A stretch of 5,330 nt of DNA from a virus (Duplodnaviria > Heunggongvirae > Uroviricota > Caudoviricetes), in IMG/VR virus record IMGVR_UViG_2724679236_000006, positions 1 to 5,330 of that record, one strand, 5' to 3'. The translations under genes and the position numbers were made by a program. This document shows positions 5,271 to 5,330 of the stretch, piece after piece (within the stretch, counting starts at the first letter, position 1; each line of letters begins with the position of its first letter). The notes under the pieces were generated by a model. It was given only the letters and a program-made list of their open reading frames with translations, had not been told where the DNA came from and made no database searches.

Positions 5271-5330
5271 ATGAAGCAAATATACATGCTTCGCAACGAA
5301 GCAATCAGAAATAACGCCATAGACGCAATA
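5271..5330 (+). CDS. ninB: 5' end of a downstream gene, possibly NinB/Orf-family recombination protein (partial, runs off the window)
   Basis: ATG at 5271 with SD GAGGT upstream. The first 20 codons (MKQIYMLRNEAIRNNAIDAI) loosely resemble the lambda NinB N-terminus (recalled). Too short to be sure. Confidence 0.35.
   Translation, partial: MKQIYMLRNEAIRNNAIDAI

Noticed and set aside
1-5330. CRISPR array, tRNA or rRNA genes, or transposase/IS element
   Set aside because: No regularly spaced direct repeats, no cloverleaf-like or rRNA-like segments and no transposase-like ORFs were seen. The only repeats are the operators, nut sites and ori iterons.

Overview
This window reads as the immunity and early-replication core of a lambdoid (pro)phage, probably enterobacterial. 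All homology calls are from reading the translations against remembered lambda/P22 proteins; no search was run. Left to right: N antiterminator (-), nutL and a pL/oL operator cluster, a small 3-helix membrane protein immediately downstream of cI (-, the slot lambda uses for rexAB), CI repressor (-), a pRM/oR/pR switch with three 17-bp operators, cro (+), nutR, cII (+) with a pRE-type CII site inside its 5' end, an oop-like antisense terminator in the cII 3' end, an unannotated 53-codon basic ORF, an O-like initiator (+) with internal ori iterons, a DnaB-family helicase (+), an intrinsic terminator, a 108-aa membrane-anchored protein and the start of a possible ninB. The operator half-sites (GAATAC-N5-GTATTC) differ from lambda's, implying a distinct immunity specificity. 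The candidates for anything new are accessory genes in conserved slots: the membrane protein behind cI (most interesting), the small ORF between cII and O, and the 108-aa protein after the terminator. No tRNA, rRNA, CRISPR array or transposase was seen.
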